A stretch of DNA of 52,581 bases from a virus (lineage: Duplodnaviria > Caudoviricetes), in the IMG/VR virus record IMGVR_UViG_3300033145_001455, positions 1 through 52,581 of that record. One strand, 5' to 3'. The notes under the pieces are model-generated. The model did no database searches. It was given only the letters and a program-made list of their open reading frames with translations, and had not been told where the DNA came from. This document shows, piece after piece, positions 10,159 to 18,633 of this stretch (the stretch's first letter is position 1; each line of letters begins with the position of its first letter). The position numbers were made by a program, and so were the translations under genes.

Positions 10159-11305
10159 TTCAGAAGCATTAGTAAAAAGAGCGTTAAAAGTATTTCCCAG
10201 TGGAGCAAATACCATAAGTAAGTTTCCAAAGAAGAGAAGCAAATATCCGGTTATAAGAGATGCCCAAGGAAGTGTTCTATGGGATGAAGATGGAAACGAA
10301 TATATAGATTGGACAGCAGGATTAGGAGCAGTAGTATTAGGGTATGATTATGTATTTAAACAAGATAATAATTGTGGTAATTTATTATCTTCTGTTACTG
10401 AAGATGAAATACTTCTTGCTGAAAAGTTAGTAGAGATAATTCCCTGTGCAGAACAAGTGAGGTTTTTTAAAACTGGTAGCGAATGTACTTCTGCTGCTAT
10501 TAGGTTGGCAATGAGTCTTTTTGGGAGTACATGCATATTTTCAGGTTATCATGGTTGGCATGATTGGTATGCTTATCATTTACCATCTCCAAAAAATAAT
10601 GGTTGTGACAGTAATTGTAATATAAATCTTGAATATGGTAATTTAGAAAGCTTGCGATACTATATTAAAAAATATGAGCCAGCTTGTTTTATATTAGAGC
10701 CAATAAACAGAATATATCCAGAAAAAGCAAATCCAGAATATTTAAAAGAAGTAAGAAGACTTTGTACTAAGTATAATGTGCTTTTGATTTTTGATGAAAT
10801 TATATCTGGATTTAGATATGATATTGGCGGTATTTCTACTTTATGGGATATAGAACCAGATTTAGCCTGTTATAGTAAAGCAATGGCAAATGGGTATCCG
10901 ATAGCAGCGTTGGTTGGAAAAGAAAAATATATGAAGCATTTTGAAGATATTCATGTATCAGGAACTTTTAACGGAGAAAGAAAATCAATAGTTGAAGCAT
11001 TAAATACGATAGAAGTAATAGAGAAAGATCAATGGTTTTTTGATGAGTTGAGGAGTAAAGGATTTAGAATTGCAACTTATTTAAGAGATAAAGCAAAGTA
11101 TTTAAATTTTGTAGATGTAAAATTTTGGTCTGGTTGGTTTAAATTAGTATGGAAAGATGAAGCAAAGAGGAAGAAGTTCTATGATTGTGTTTTGGAGAAT
11201 GGGGTTTACTCTATGGATGATCACTTTATAATGTATTGCCATACAGAGGAACAAATAGATAAAACATTAGAAGTATATGAAAAAGGATTTAAGGAGATAA
11301 AATGA
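10145..11305 (+). CDS. Class-III PLP aminotransferase (GSA-aminomutase-like, glycan-cluster type)
   Basis: WDEDGNEYIDW, VRFFKTGSEC, GYHGWHDW, LIFDEIISGFR, PDLACYSKAMANGYP, SGTFNGE. Confidence 0.9.
   Translation: MKLTNSEALVKRALKVFPSGANTISKFPKKRSKYPVIRDAQGSVLWDEDGNEYIDWTAGLGAVVLGYDYVFKQDNNCGNLLSSVTEDEILLAEKLVEIIPCAEQVRFFKTGSECTSAAIRLAMSLFGSTCIFSGYHGWHDWYAYHLPSPKNNGCDSNCNINLEYGNLESLRYYIKKYEPACFILEPINRIYPEKANPEYLKEVRRLCTKYNVLLIFDEIISGFRYDIGGISTLWDIEPDLACYSKAMANGYPIAALVGKEKYMKHFEDIHVSGTFNGERKSIVEALNTIEVIEKDQWFFDELRSKGFRIATYLRDKAKYLNFVDVKFWSGWFKLVWKDEAKRKKFYDCVLENGVYSMDDHFIMYCHTEEQIDKTLEVYEKGFKEIK
11253..11305 (+). repeat. 53-bp direct repeat, copy 1 (3' end of aminotransferase plus RBS/ATGA)
   Basis: AAATAGATAAAACATTAGAAGTATATGAAAAAGGATTTAAGGAGATAAAATGA; 2 mismatches to copy at 12208-12260. 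Confidence 0.95.
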
Positions 11306-12204
11306 TATTTGCAATTATAGGTGATGGGAAGGTAGCAAAAGAGTATAAGAAAGTATTAGATTATTTAAATATAAAATATGATATTTTTACAAGAAGTAAT
11401 TATTATAGTTTGTTTATTTCTTCTGTTGGTTATAATGCAATTATAGTAGCAGTAACATGGACGGAAACTCAAAATGTAATAGAAGATTTGATAAAATTTG
11501 ATATTCCGGTGCTTGTAGAAAAGCCAGTATGCTTAACTTCAAAAAGAATGAAGGAAGTAGTTAAGAATAATAAAACAGATCATGTAATGGTCGCATATAA
11601 CCGTAGGTTTTATAGTTTTATGGATTATTTGAAAGAGGAGTTTTCAAGAGATTTAATTCTTTCAGCAGATGTATTGTTGCCAGAGCAAATTAGGCAATAT
11701 AAAAAACAAGGAGTAGAACAACTTGATAAACATCCATTGTTATATTCTGCTTGTCATTATTTAGATTTATTGTTTTATTTAACAGGAGAACAGGAAGTAA
11801 TATATTCTGAATACGATTCTGTTTTTGGGTCTGTGCAGGCAATGTTAAGAAATGGATTTGGAACAGTAAATCATTTGCAGATAAATTTTGATTCAACCGC
11901 TATTCCAAGAATGAATTTTTATAGAAATAAGAAGCAATATATTGTTTCACCGATAGAAACTTTATCAGTAGTAAATAAAGTGGAAATGAATAGGGTAGAT
12001 AAAATATTAGAGATAGGAGCTGAATTAGTAGTCAGTGAATATACTGGAGATAGGTGGCTTAAATATGGATTTTTAAAACAGATGGAGTATTTTATAGATG
12101 TGTTTATAAAAAAGAAAGATCAATATAGAAAACACGCCACTTTATATGATGCGTTAAAAGTAATTGAATTGTCAGAAAAATTAACAAAAGAATATATAGA
12201 ATAA
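11302..12204 (+). CDS. Gfo/Idh/MocA family NAD(P)-dependent oxidoreductase
   Basis: FAIIGDGKVA Rossmann start, VLVEKPV, VAYNRRF, CHYLDL. Confidence 0.85.
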   Translation: MIFAIIGDGKVAKEYKKVLDYLNIKYDIFTRSNYYSLFISSVGYNAIIVAVTWTETQNVIEDLIKFDIPVLVEKPVCLTSKRMKEVVKNNKTDHVMVAYNRRFYSFMDYLKEEFSRDLILSADVLLPEQIRQYKKQGVEQLDKHPLLYSACHYLDLLFYLTGEQEVIYSEYDSVFGSVQAMLRNGFGTVNHLQINFDSTAIPRMNFYRNKKQYIVSPIETLSVVNKVEMNRVDKILEIGAELVVSEYTGDRWLKYGFLKQMEYFIDVFIKKKDQYRKHATLYDALKVIELSEKLTKEYIE

Positions 12205-12207
12205 TAG

Positions 12208-12260
12208 AAATAGATAAAACATTAGAAGTGTATGAGAAAGGATTTAAGGAGATAAAATGA
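12208..12260 (+). repeat. 53-bp direct repeat, copy 2
   Basis: AAATAGATAAAACATTAGAAGTGTATGAGAAAGGATTTAAGGAGATAAAATGA. Confidence 0.95.
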
Positions 12261-12460
12261 GACTCTTTACAACAATAACTTGTCCAAACGATGACGCTGA
12301 AGTTATTTATCATATACCGGACGAACCGGGATCTGATACAACACTTTGTGGGTTGAGTGATGTAGTGTATGAAACACACGATATTGATGACTGCCCTATT
12401 ACCTGTGAAAGCTGTTTAAGAGTAGTTAAATGGTGTCGCAATTTAAAATTAGGAGTATAA
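12257..12460 (+). CDS. Small Cys/His-rich hypothetical protein
   Basis: YH...TLCG...ITCESC putative Zn ligands; RBS supplied by the repeat. Confidence 0.65.
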   Translation: MRLFTTITCPNDDAEVIYHIPDEPGSDTTLCGLSDVVYETHDIDDCPITCESCLRVVKWCRNLKLGV

Positions 12461-12461
12461 A

Positions 12462-13706
12462 ATGATAGAAATAGATAAAACACAATTAACAAGATTACTT
12501 CATTTAGGATATATAGAATCAGATATAACTGTAGAAAGATTAAAAGTATTACAAACTCATTTTGAAAATAAGATTGATATTTCAGATGAAGAAGCAAAAC
12601 ATCAATTAAAAGAATTGATAAAAGGAGTAATTAGAAAAAAGAATAATATAGGGGCGGGTAGTAATATAGTTTATTCTTCAGGTGTCGATTCTACAGTTAT
12701 ACTTTTAATGGCGATGGAGGTTTTAGGGAATAATGTTAAAGCGGTAATATGTGAAAACAATAAGCAAGTAAAGAGAAATATAACAGAAGCAGATTTGGCA
12801 AGAGAGATATGCAATAAGCTTGGTATAAGAGCAGATGTATATAAGTTATATGGCGAGGCAGAAGTATTTGATAATCTTGATAAAGTAGAAGATTTATTTA
12901 TCAGTAGTAGTATTATTCCAACTACTTTTATTTATAAGAGAGCTGGGAATAATATATTAACTGGTGATGGCGGAGATGAGTTATTTTGCGGATATGATAG
13001 GTACTTATTTGGTTATTATGTTGAGAAGTATAAAGTGTTGAAGAGATTAATTAAACTACTTCCAAACAAAACACAGAGAATGAGAAAAGCAAAGCAGTAT
13101 TTGGATGAAGGTTATGTGGCATTGGCAAGTATATGGAGTGAAGAAGAAGCGGAGCAATTAACGAAATTAATGGATATAAAAAGTAAGGATAGAATTAAAT
13201 ATTATTTGTGGGCTTATCATAAAATGGATGAGAGTTTTTCTGAAAGATTGCATAAGTTTGATGCTCGTATGTTATTTGATATAGCAACGGAATTATATGG
13301 AGTAGAAACAAGAAAAGTAGAAACAGCAAGAAGAATAGCAGGAGTAAAGAATTTGTGCTCACCATTTCTTGATCCAGAAGTTCAAAATTTTTGTACTTCA
13401 CTTCCTATTGATATGAAGTATAGAAATGGAACAAGAAAATGGTTATTAAGGGAGATAATAAAAGATTATATACCAGATTATAATTGTCTTGTAGGAAGTA
13501 AGAAGAGAGGGTTCTCAAATATAGGGTTTGAACAAACTGAGATGGAAAATATGAAGCTTTCTTGTATAAAAGAGTATGTTAGTATAGATTTGGTAGAAAG
13601 AACGTATATGGATCATTTAGGAGGGAAAAGAGACAATAGCGAAAAGTTGTTTAGTTTACTTTTTTTAGATAATATGTTGAAAAATGGATATTTGAAGATA
13701 AAATGA
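12462..13706 (+). CDS. Asparagine-synthase C-terminal (synthetase) domain protein lacking the glutaminase domain
   Basis: YSSGVDST, LTGDGGDELFCGYDRY, SPFLD, KWLLRE, KKRGF; no Ntn N-terminal Cys domain. Confidence 0.85.
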   Translation: MIEIDKTQLTRLLHLGYIESDITVERLKVLQTHFENKIDISDEEAKHQLKELIKGVIRKKNNIGAGSNIVYSSGVDSTVILLMAMEVLGNNVKAVICENNKQVKRNITEADLAREICNKLGIRADVYKLYGEAEVFDNLDKVEDLFISSSIIPTTFIYKRAGNNILTGDGGDELFCGYDRYLFGYYVEKYKVLKRLIKLLPNKTQRMRKAKQYLDEGYVALASIWSEEEAEQLTKLMDIKSKDRIKYYLWAYHKMDESFSERLHKFDARMLFDIATELYGVETRKVETARRIAGVKNLCSPFLDPEVQNFCTSLPIDMKYRNGTRKWLLREIIKDYIPDYNCLVGSKKRGFSNIGFEQTEMENMKLSCIKEYVSIDLVERTYMDHLGGKRDNSEKLFSLLFLDNMLKNGYLKIK

Positions 13707-13773
13707 TTGTTTTTAGTGAAAGTATGTTATGATAAGAATAAAGGGAAATAGATTAGGGGTGAAATATTAAATA

Positions 13774-14757
13774 ATGAAGCTATGTGAGTGTGGTTGTGGA
13801 GAAGAAGTAAAGAAAAGGTTTATACTTGGCCATTATTGGGTTGGTAAAAACAGGTCTGAAGAAACAAAGAATAAAATATCAAAGAAGATAAGCGGCAGAG
13901 AATTATCAGATAAATGGAAAATAAAAATATCAGATAGTAATAAGGGGAGGAAAGTGCCTGATGAAGTAAGAAAAAATATGTCAAAAGCACAGAAAAAATA
14001 TCATAGAGAAAATCCAGAAGTGATGAGCGGTAAGAATAATCCTTCTTATGGTAAAAAAAGATCTGATGAAACAAGAAAGAGGATGTCAGAAGCAAAGATA
14101 AAATATTTTAAAAATCCAGAAAACAGAAAAAAAACATCAAAAACAAAAGAATCTAAAGAGTTTAGGAAGAAAGATATTGAAAAGAGAAGAGGTATTGTTT
14201 TAACCGTCAATGGAGTAAAGAAAAATGATATTTTTATTAATGAAGTTGGGTATACTCCAGCAATATATAAAACTTATGTAAAAAGATTAACTATTGATGA
14301 AGATTCAGTAAAAGGCAAATTTGGATTTTTAATGGTTAAATGCGCTTATTGTGGAAGGTATTATTATCCAAGTGCTATATCTGTAAGTGGAAGGATAACT
14401 GCCTTAAGTGGAAAACATAATGGTGAGTATAGATTGTATTGTTCTGATAATTGTAAAAAGGTTTGTCCTGTATTTAGAAAAGTATTATATCAATCGGATC
14501 GACAATTAGCAACAAGTAGGGAAGTACAACCACAATTAAGGCAGTTGGTTTTGAAAAGAGATAATTATAAATGCCAAAAGTGTGAAAGAAGTATAGAAGA
14601 AGTACAGCTACATTGTCATCATTTTGAAGGAGTAGTTCAAAACCCGATAGAATCAGCAGATGTTGATATGTGTATTACTTTATGTAAAGAATGCCATAAA
14701 GAAGCTCATGGTGAGCTTGGATGCAGATATGTAGACTTACAATGTAAGGAGGAATGA
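13774..14757 (+). CDS. Free-standing NUMOD3/HNH homing endonuclease
   Basis: CECGCG, NUMOD3-like repeats (RSEETKNKIS, NPSYGKKRSDETRKRMS), HNH core KRDNYKCQKC...HCHH...ITLCKECH. Confidence 0.88.
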   Translation: MKLCECGCGEEVKKRFILGHYWVGKNRSEETKNKISKKISGRELSDKWKIKISDSNKGRKVPDEVRKNMSKAQKKYHRENPEVMSGKNNPSYGKKRSDETRKRMSEAKIKYFKNPENRKKTSKTKESKEFRKKDIEKRRGIVLTVNGVKKNDIFINEVGYTPAIYKTYVKRLTIDEDSVKGKFGFLMVKCAYCGRYYYPSAISVSGRITALSGKHNGEYRLYCSDNCKKVCPVFRKVLYQSDRQLATSREVQPQLRQLVLKRDNYKCQKCERSIEEVQLHCHHFEGVVQNPIESADVDMCITLCKECHKEAHGELGCRYVDLQCKEE

Positions 14758-14760
14758 AAA

Positions 14761-14928
14761 ATGTTTGATATTTTATTATGGTCGGCAACAGTATCGTTTT
14801 TAAGTTTTTATTTTGGAAACTATTATGGGGAAAATATCTACAGAATTTGCAGATATATAAAGTTGGTAATTAAAAGAAAATGGAAGTATATGGGGAATTA
14901 TAAAAAGAATGCAGTCCTTAATGCATAA
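14761..14928 (+). CDS. Hypothetical 55-aa membrane protein (not in ORF track)
   Basis: RBS AGGAGG, ATG 14761, MFDILLWSATVSFLSFYFG..., TAA 14926-14928. Confidence 0.55.
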   Translation: MFDILLWSATVSFLSFYFGNYYGENIYRICRYIKLVIKRKWKYMGNYKKNAVLNA

Positions 14929-15709
14929 TAAAAGAGCCATTGAGATTATTTGTGAAGCAGGGATAAATCATAACGGGAATATAGAAACAGCCATACAAAT
15001 GATTCATGCTGCCGCTGATAGTGGCGCTTGCACGATTAAGTTCCAAGTTTATAATCCAGCTTCTCGTCCTGATATTGACTCACACCCATTCAAAGAAGTA
15101 CTTATAGATTCACGTTTGACTCAAAGAGATTTATATACTTTAAAAGATGTATGTGATCGTATTAAAATAAACTTTCTTTGTTCGGTTTTTGATGTAGATA
15201 AAGTACAATGGCTTGAAGAGGTAGGGGTAGAGCGTTACAAGATTGGAAGTAAATCTTTATATGATGTTGAATTAATAGAAGCGATACAGAAAACTAATAA
15301 GCCGTACATTATAAGTCTTGGTTTATTTTCTGCTGAGAAAGAGGAAAGAGAAAAGTATAAAGTAAAAATACTTGATGAATCAGTAATGGAAACATGGAAG
15401 AGAATTAAGCGAGAAAGAAGTGAACACCTATATTGTAACTTTAAATATCCAACAGAAATAAAAGATGTGTATTTTGATGATTCTGATTTTATAGGTTCTG
15501 AAGCAGGAGGGTTTGATGGTTTTTCAGATCATACTACTTCTATATTTCCATCAATATTCGCAATGAGTTTAGGAGCAAAGATTATTGAGAAGCACTGTAC
15601 TATGGACAAATCGGCAGAAGGGCCAGACCATAAGTTTAGTATTGATTTTGATGAGCTGGCTTTATTATGTAAAGCAAGAGACGAAGTGGAGGAGATATTA
15701 TATGGCTGA
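14921..15709 (+). CDS. neuB: N-acetylneuraminate synthase family (NeuB/PseI/LegI-like), short form without C-terminal SAF domain
   Basis: IICEAGINHNG, KFQVY, FLCSVFD, YKIGS, CNFKYP, GFSDHT, GAKIIEKH, GPDHKFS; alternative start 14909. Confidence 0.9.
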   Translation: MHNKRAIEIICEAGINHNGNIETAIQMIHAAADSGACTIKFQVYNPASRPDIDSHPFKEVLIDSRLTQRDLYTLKDVCDRIKINFLCSVFDVDKVQWLEEVGVERYKIGSKSLYDVELIEAIQKTNKPYIISLGLFSAEKEEREKYKVKILDESVMETWKRIKRERSEHLYCNFKYPTEIKDVYFDDSDFIGSEAGGFDGFSDHTTSIFPSIFAMSLGAKIIEKHCTMDKSAEGPDHKFSIDFDELALLCKARDEVEEILYG

Positions 15710-16103
15710 TAAAGAAGTAAAGATAACAAAAATAAAGAAAGAGGGGAAAGAAAGAGAAAAAGTTAATAATGAAATTAATTCTGGTTTGTATTCTGGCATT
15801 AAATTAGAAACAGATAACTATTGGGGTGAAACAGAGGCTAAAGATAAAAAAGAATCTGATTTTTCTAATTATGGTCTTTGTGCTACTTGTAAGCATTTTG
15901 AATGTGCAATAACACAATTAAGTAAAACAGTTTTTGCTAAATGTGTCGCATATGAAGTTAGATTAAGAAGTAATGATCCTGTGGAGGAATGTACAAATTA
16001 TACAGAGAAAGGAAGATTGACTTTAAGAGAGATGAAAGAAATTGCATATCTTATTGATGTAGAGGACGTAGAAGAAATTGGGTTTTTAAATAAGGAGAAG
16101 TAA
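15702..16103 (+). CDS. Hypothetical Cys-containing protein
   Basis: RBS GGAGG favours ATG 15702 (MADKEVK) over track start 15585; GLCATCKHF...C...C. Confidence 0.6.
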   Translation: MADKEVKITKIKKEGKEREKVNNEINSGLYSGIKLETDNYWGETEAKDKKESDFSNYGLCATCKHFECAITQLSKTVFAKCVAYEVRLRSNDPVEECTNYTEKGRLTLREMKEIAYLIDVEDVEEIGFLNKEK

Positions 16104-16104
16104 A

Positions 16105-16299
16105 ATGAGAAAGAAGGGCCAATATGAAATTTATAAAGATGTTACAGGTAGATTTAGGTGGAGGTTGAGAAATGAATCCGGTAAAATATTATGTATATCG
16201 TTTAAGCAATTTGAAGTATTGGAAGATTGTGAAGAAAATCTTGAAGAAGTAATGTTTTGTAGTAAAACAAAAAGGTTAGTTAGATGCTATATTCCATAA
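16105..16299 (+). CDS. YegP/DUF1508 family protein
   Basis: YEIYKDVTGRFRWRLRNESGKILCIS signature. Confidence 0.75.
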   Translation: MRKKGQYEIYKDVTGRFRWRLRNESGKILCISFKQFEVLEDCEENLEEVMFCSKTKRLVRCYIP

Positions 16300-17147
16300 A
16301 ACAGAAATTAAAAGAAACAAAAACAGTAAAGAAAGCATACGATAATTTTAGAGAGAGAAGTGTTTATTCTGCTTTAAAACAACAGCGTTTACTTGCAAGG
16401 TTCAATCAAATCAAACGGCTTGATCCAGATATATCAAATCAATATACTTCTTCTAATATAGATACTTCATATTTACAAACTAAAGTGTTGGGTCTTCATG
16501 CTTTTCAGATGGCTTTATTTGGATTGTTTATTAATGGTCAGAATAGAAAAGAATGGAGTATAACTGATCTTGGTGATTCATCTGGTAATCACATTATGTA
16601 TATAAAGAATTTATTTAGTAAGTTTAAATGGGATACTTTGAGTGTAAATCTTGATCAGAAAGCAGTAGATAAAATAAGAAGTAAAGGGCTAAACGCTATT
16701 GCTTGTTCTATTGAAGATTATTATGAATATGAAAAAGATTATAGAAATCAAATAATAACATTGTTTCAAACATTAGAGCATTTAGAAAATCCTATTAGCA
16801 TATTAAAAGGAGTAAAAGAAAATTTAAAACCAGAAGCATTTATAATTACAGTTCCGTTTGTAAGGAGAAGTAAGGTTGGATTACATTATTTAAGAGAGAA
16901 CTTAAAAAGTGATTTCTTTAATAAAGTTCCATCACCAGAGAATATTCATATTTTTGAATTATCACCTGATGATTGGGAATTGTTGTTTGAGTATTGTGGT
17001 TGGGAAGTAAAACATAGTTTGGTTTATTATCAATATAAAAGAAGGATACCGATAATAAGTAGATTATTAAGATGGTATTGGAGTGCGTTTGACTTTGAGG
17101 GGTTTTACGGATGTATTTTAACAAAAAACAAAGGAGGAGAAGATTAA
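16284..17147 (+). CDS. Class I SAM-dependent methyltransferase-like protein
   Basis: Motif-I-like ITDLGDSSG, ITLFQTLEHLENP, IITVPF, HIFELS. Confidence 0.75.
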   Translation: MLYSIKQKLKETKTVKKAYDNFRERSVYSALKQQRLLARFNQIKRLDPDISNQYTSSNIDTSYLQTKVLGLHAFQMALFGLFINGQNRKEWSITDLGDSSGNHIMYIKNLFSKFKWDTLSVNLDQKAVDKIRSKGLNAIACSIEDYYEYEKDYRNQIITLFQTLEHLENPISILKGVKENLKPEAFIITVPFVRRSKVGLHYLRENLKSDFFNKVPSPENIHIFELSPDDWELLFEYCGWEVKHSLVYYQYKRRIPIISRLLRWYWSAFDFEGFYGCILTKNKGGED

Positions 17148-17409
17148 TATACCAGATTTTATAAATGGGAGTTTTGAGTTATTGGCTGGTGTATTTGTTT
17201 TGGATCATTGTAGAAATGTATTGAAAGATAAAATGGTTGCTGGTGTTAGTATTGTTGCTGTTATTTTCTTTACTTTATGGGGGTTTTGGAATTTATACTA
17301 TTATCCACATTTAGACCAATGGTTGTCTTTTTATGGTGGTTTATTTATTGTAATGGCTAATTTCTTATGGGTAGTATTATTAATTAAATACAAAGGAGAA
17401 GAAAAATGA
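17143..17409 (+). CDS. Small 3-TM membrane protein, PQ-loop/SemiSWEET-like; possible ATT start at 17143 (track start TTG 17182)
   Basis: Frame open from ATT just after AGGAGG: INIPDFINGSFELLAG...KDKMVAGVS...WGFWNLYYYP; three hydrophobic helices. Confidence 0.6.
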   Translation: MNIPDFINGSFELLAGVFVLDHCRNVLKDKMVAGVSIVAVIFFTLWGFWNLYYYPHLDQWLSFYGGLFIVMANFLWVVLLIKYKGEEK

Positions 17410-17756
17410 AATGGTTGTTAGCAGTATTATGTTTTGTTTTATTGACTGGGTGTGCAAATACTCAAAAGATGAGTAAGCAAGATTGGTTATTTGAAGGAGC
17501 ATATCAAACAGTTCATTGGATCGATTGGTATCAAACCAGAAATTTAGATTATGATAAAGGAGAGTACGAGTTGAATCCTATTTTGGGAAAACATCCAAGT
17601 AATAATACCGTAGACGCTTATTTCATAACAACGGGATTGGCTCATATGTTGATTACAAATTGTTTACCGGAAAAATATAGATCGCCATTTCAATATTTAA
17701 CACTTGGATTTGAAACAGGAGTTGTTATTTTTAATATTCGATCACTTAATTACTAA
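17406..17756 (+). CDS. Putative lipoprotein
   Basis: Lipobox LLTGC after hydrophobic signal; DWYQT, YELNPILG. Confidence 0.7.
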   Translation: MKWLLAVLCFVLLTGCANTQKMSKQDWLFEGAYQTVHWIDWYQTRNLDYDKGEYELNPILGKHPSNNTVDAYFITTGLAHMLITNCLPEKYRSPFQYLTLGFETGVVIFNIRSLNY

Positions 17757-17776
17757 CTTAAAAAAGAGAGAATAAA

Positions 17777-18106
17777 ATGAGAACAATATTATTAATTTTT
17801 ATATGTGTATTATTTATCGGGTGTGTTTCAAGTTCCCATATTAAGGCAACTGAAATTGTAATGCTTAAAAATGTAATAGTAGTATTTTTAGGTGAAGATA
17901 GCGATATGTTAAAATATGATCGTTATGATAGGCTTCTTATTGATGGCTTTGCAGTAGGGATGGCAGACCCAAATATTAATACGATTTATGTAAGAGGATA
18001 TGGGCCTGAAAATGAAATAAGTACTGATAATTGGATATTAGGGCATGAACTTTTACATTTACTTAACCATAAAAACGGTAATATTCAAAACCCGGATCAT
18101 AAATAA
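17777..18106 (+). CDS. Putative lipoprotein with HExxH zincin-like motif
   Basis: Signal ending LFIGC; ILGHELLH. Confidence 0.65.
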   Translation: MRTILLIFICVLFIGCVSSSHIKATEIVMLKNVIVVFLGEDSDMLKYDRYDRLLIDGFAVGMADPNINTIYVRGYGPENEISTDNWILGHELLHLLNHKNGNIQNPDHK

Positions 18107-18139
18107 GTAATTTGATAATAAATTTAATTAGGAGGTAAT

Positions 18140-18400
18140 ATGGAAATACAATTCAACGATAAGGATAAAGAAGTGATAAGAAAGATAGTAAGAGAGGAGA
18201 TAGAAAAGGTAATGTTCAAACCAATATTTGATAAAGTATTATCGGAAGAAGCAAAAATAATTACCACAGATCAAGGAGGTCAGGGAAGAAAAAAAGAAAA
18301 GACAGCAGAAGCAAAAGAAGTTGACGAGAACTATAAAAAGCAGATTAAAGCGATGGAAGAGCATAGTAATGAAGATTATGGGAAAGAAGTAATAATATAA
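18140..18400 (+). CDS. Hypothetical protein
   Basis: Strong RBS AGGAGGT. Confidence 0.65.
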   Translation: MEIQFNDKDKEVIRKIVREEIEKVMFKPIFDKVLSEEAKIITTDQGGQGRKKEKTAEAKEVDENYKKQIKAMEEHSNEDYGKEVII

Positions 18401-18633
18401 TGAGATCACAAAAAGCAGGTGGGGCATATTTGATATACAGCAAGTTTAATATTTATGCTGCGTATTATATTATATCCGGGCTAGTATATGATGAAGAAAA
18501 GTTTGGGGTTAAATACTTGCTTGATTGTGATATGGCAATGAGGAATATAGACCTTTTAGTATCAAGATATGGCTATATGGCTCAACTTGATTCAAATTGT
18601 TTAGGGTTTTTGTTTTTAAAGGAGCTGCGATAA
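18400..18633 (+). CDS. Hypothetical protein
   Basis: TAATG coupling to upstream gene, abuts downstream gene. Confidence 0.5.
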   Translation: MRSQKAGGAYLIYSKFNIYAAYYIISGLVYDEEKFGVKYLLDCDMAMRNIDLLVSRYGYMAQLDSNCLGFLFLKELR

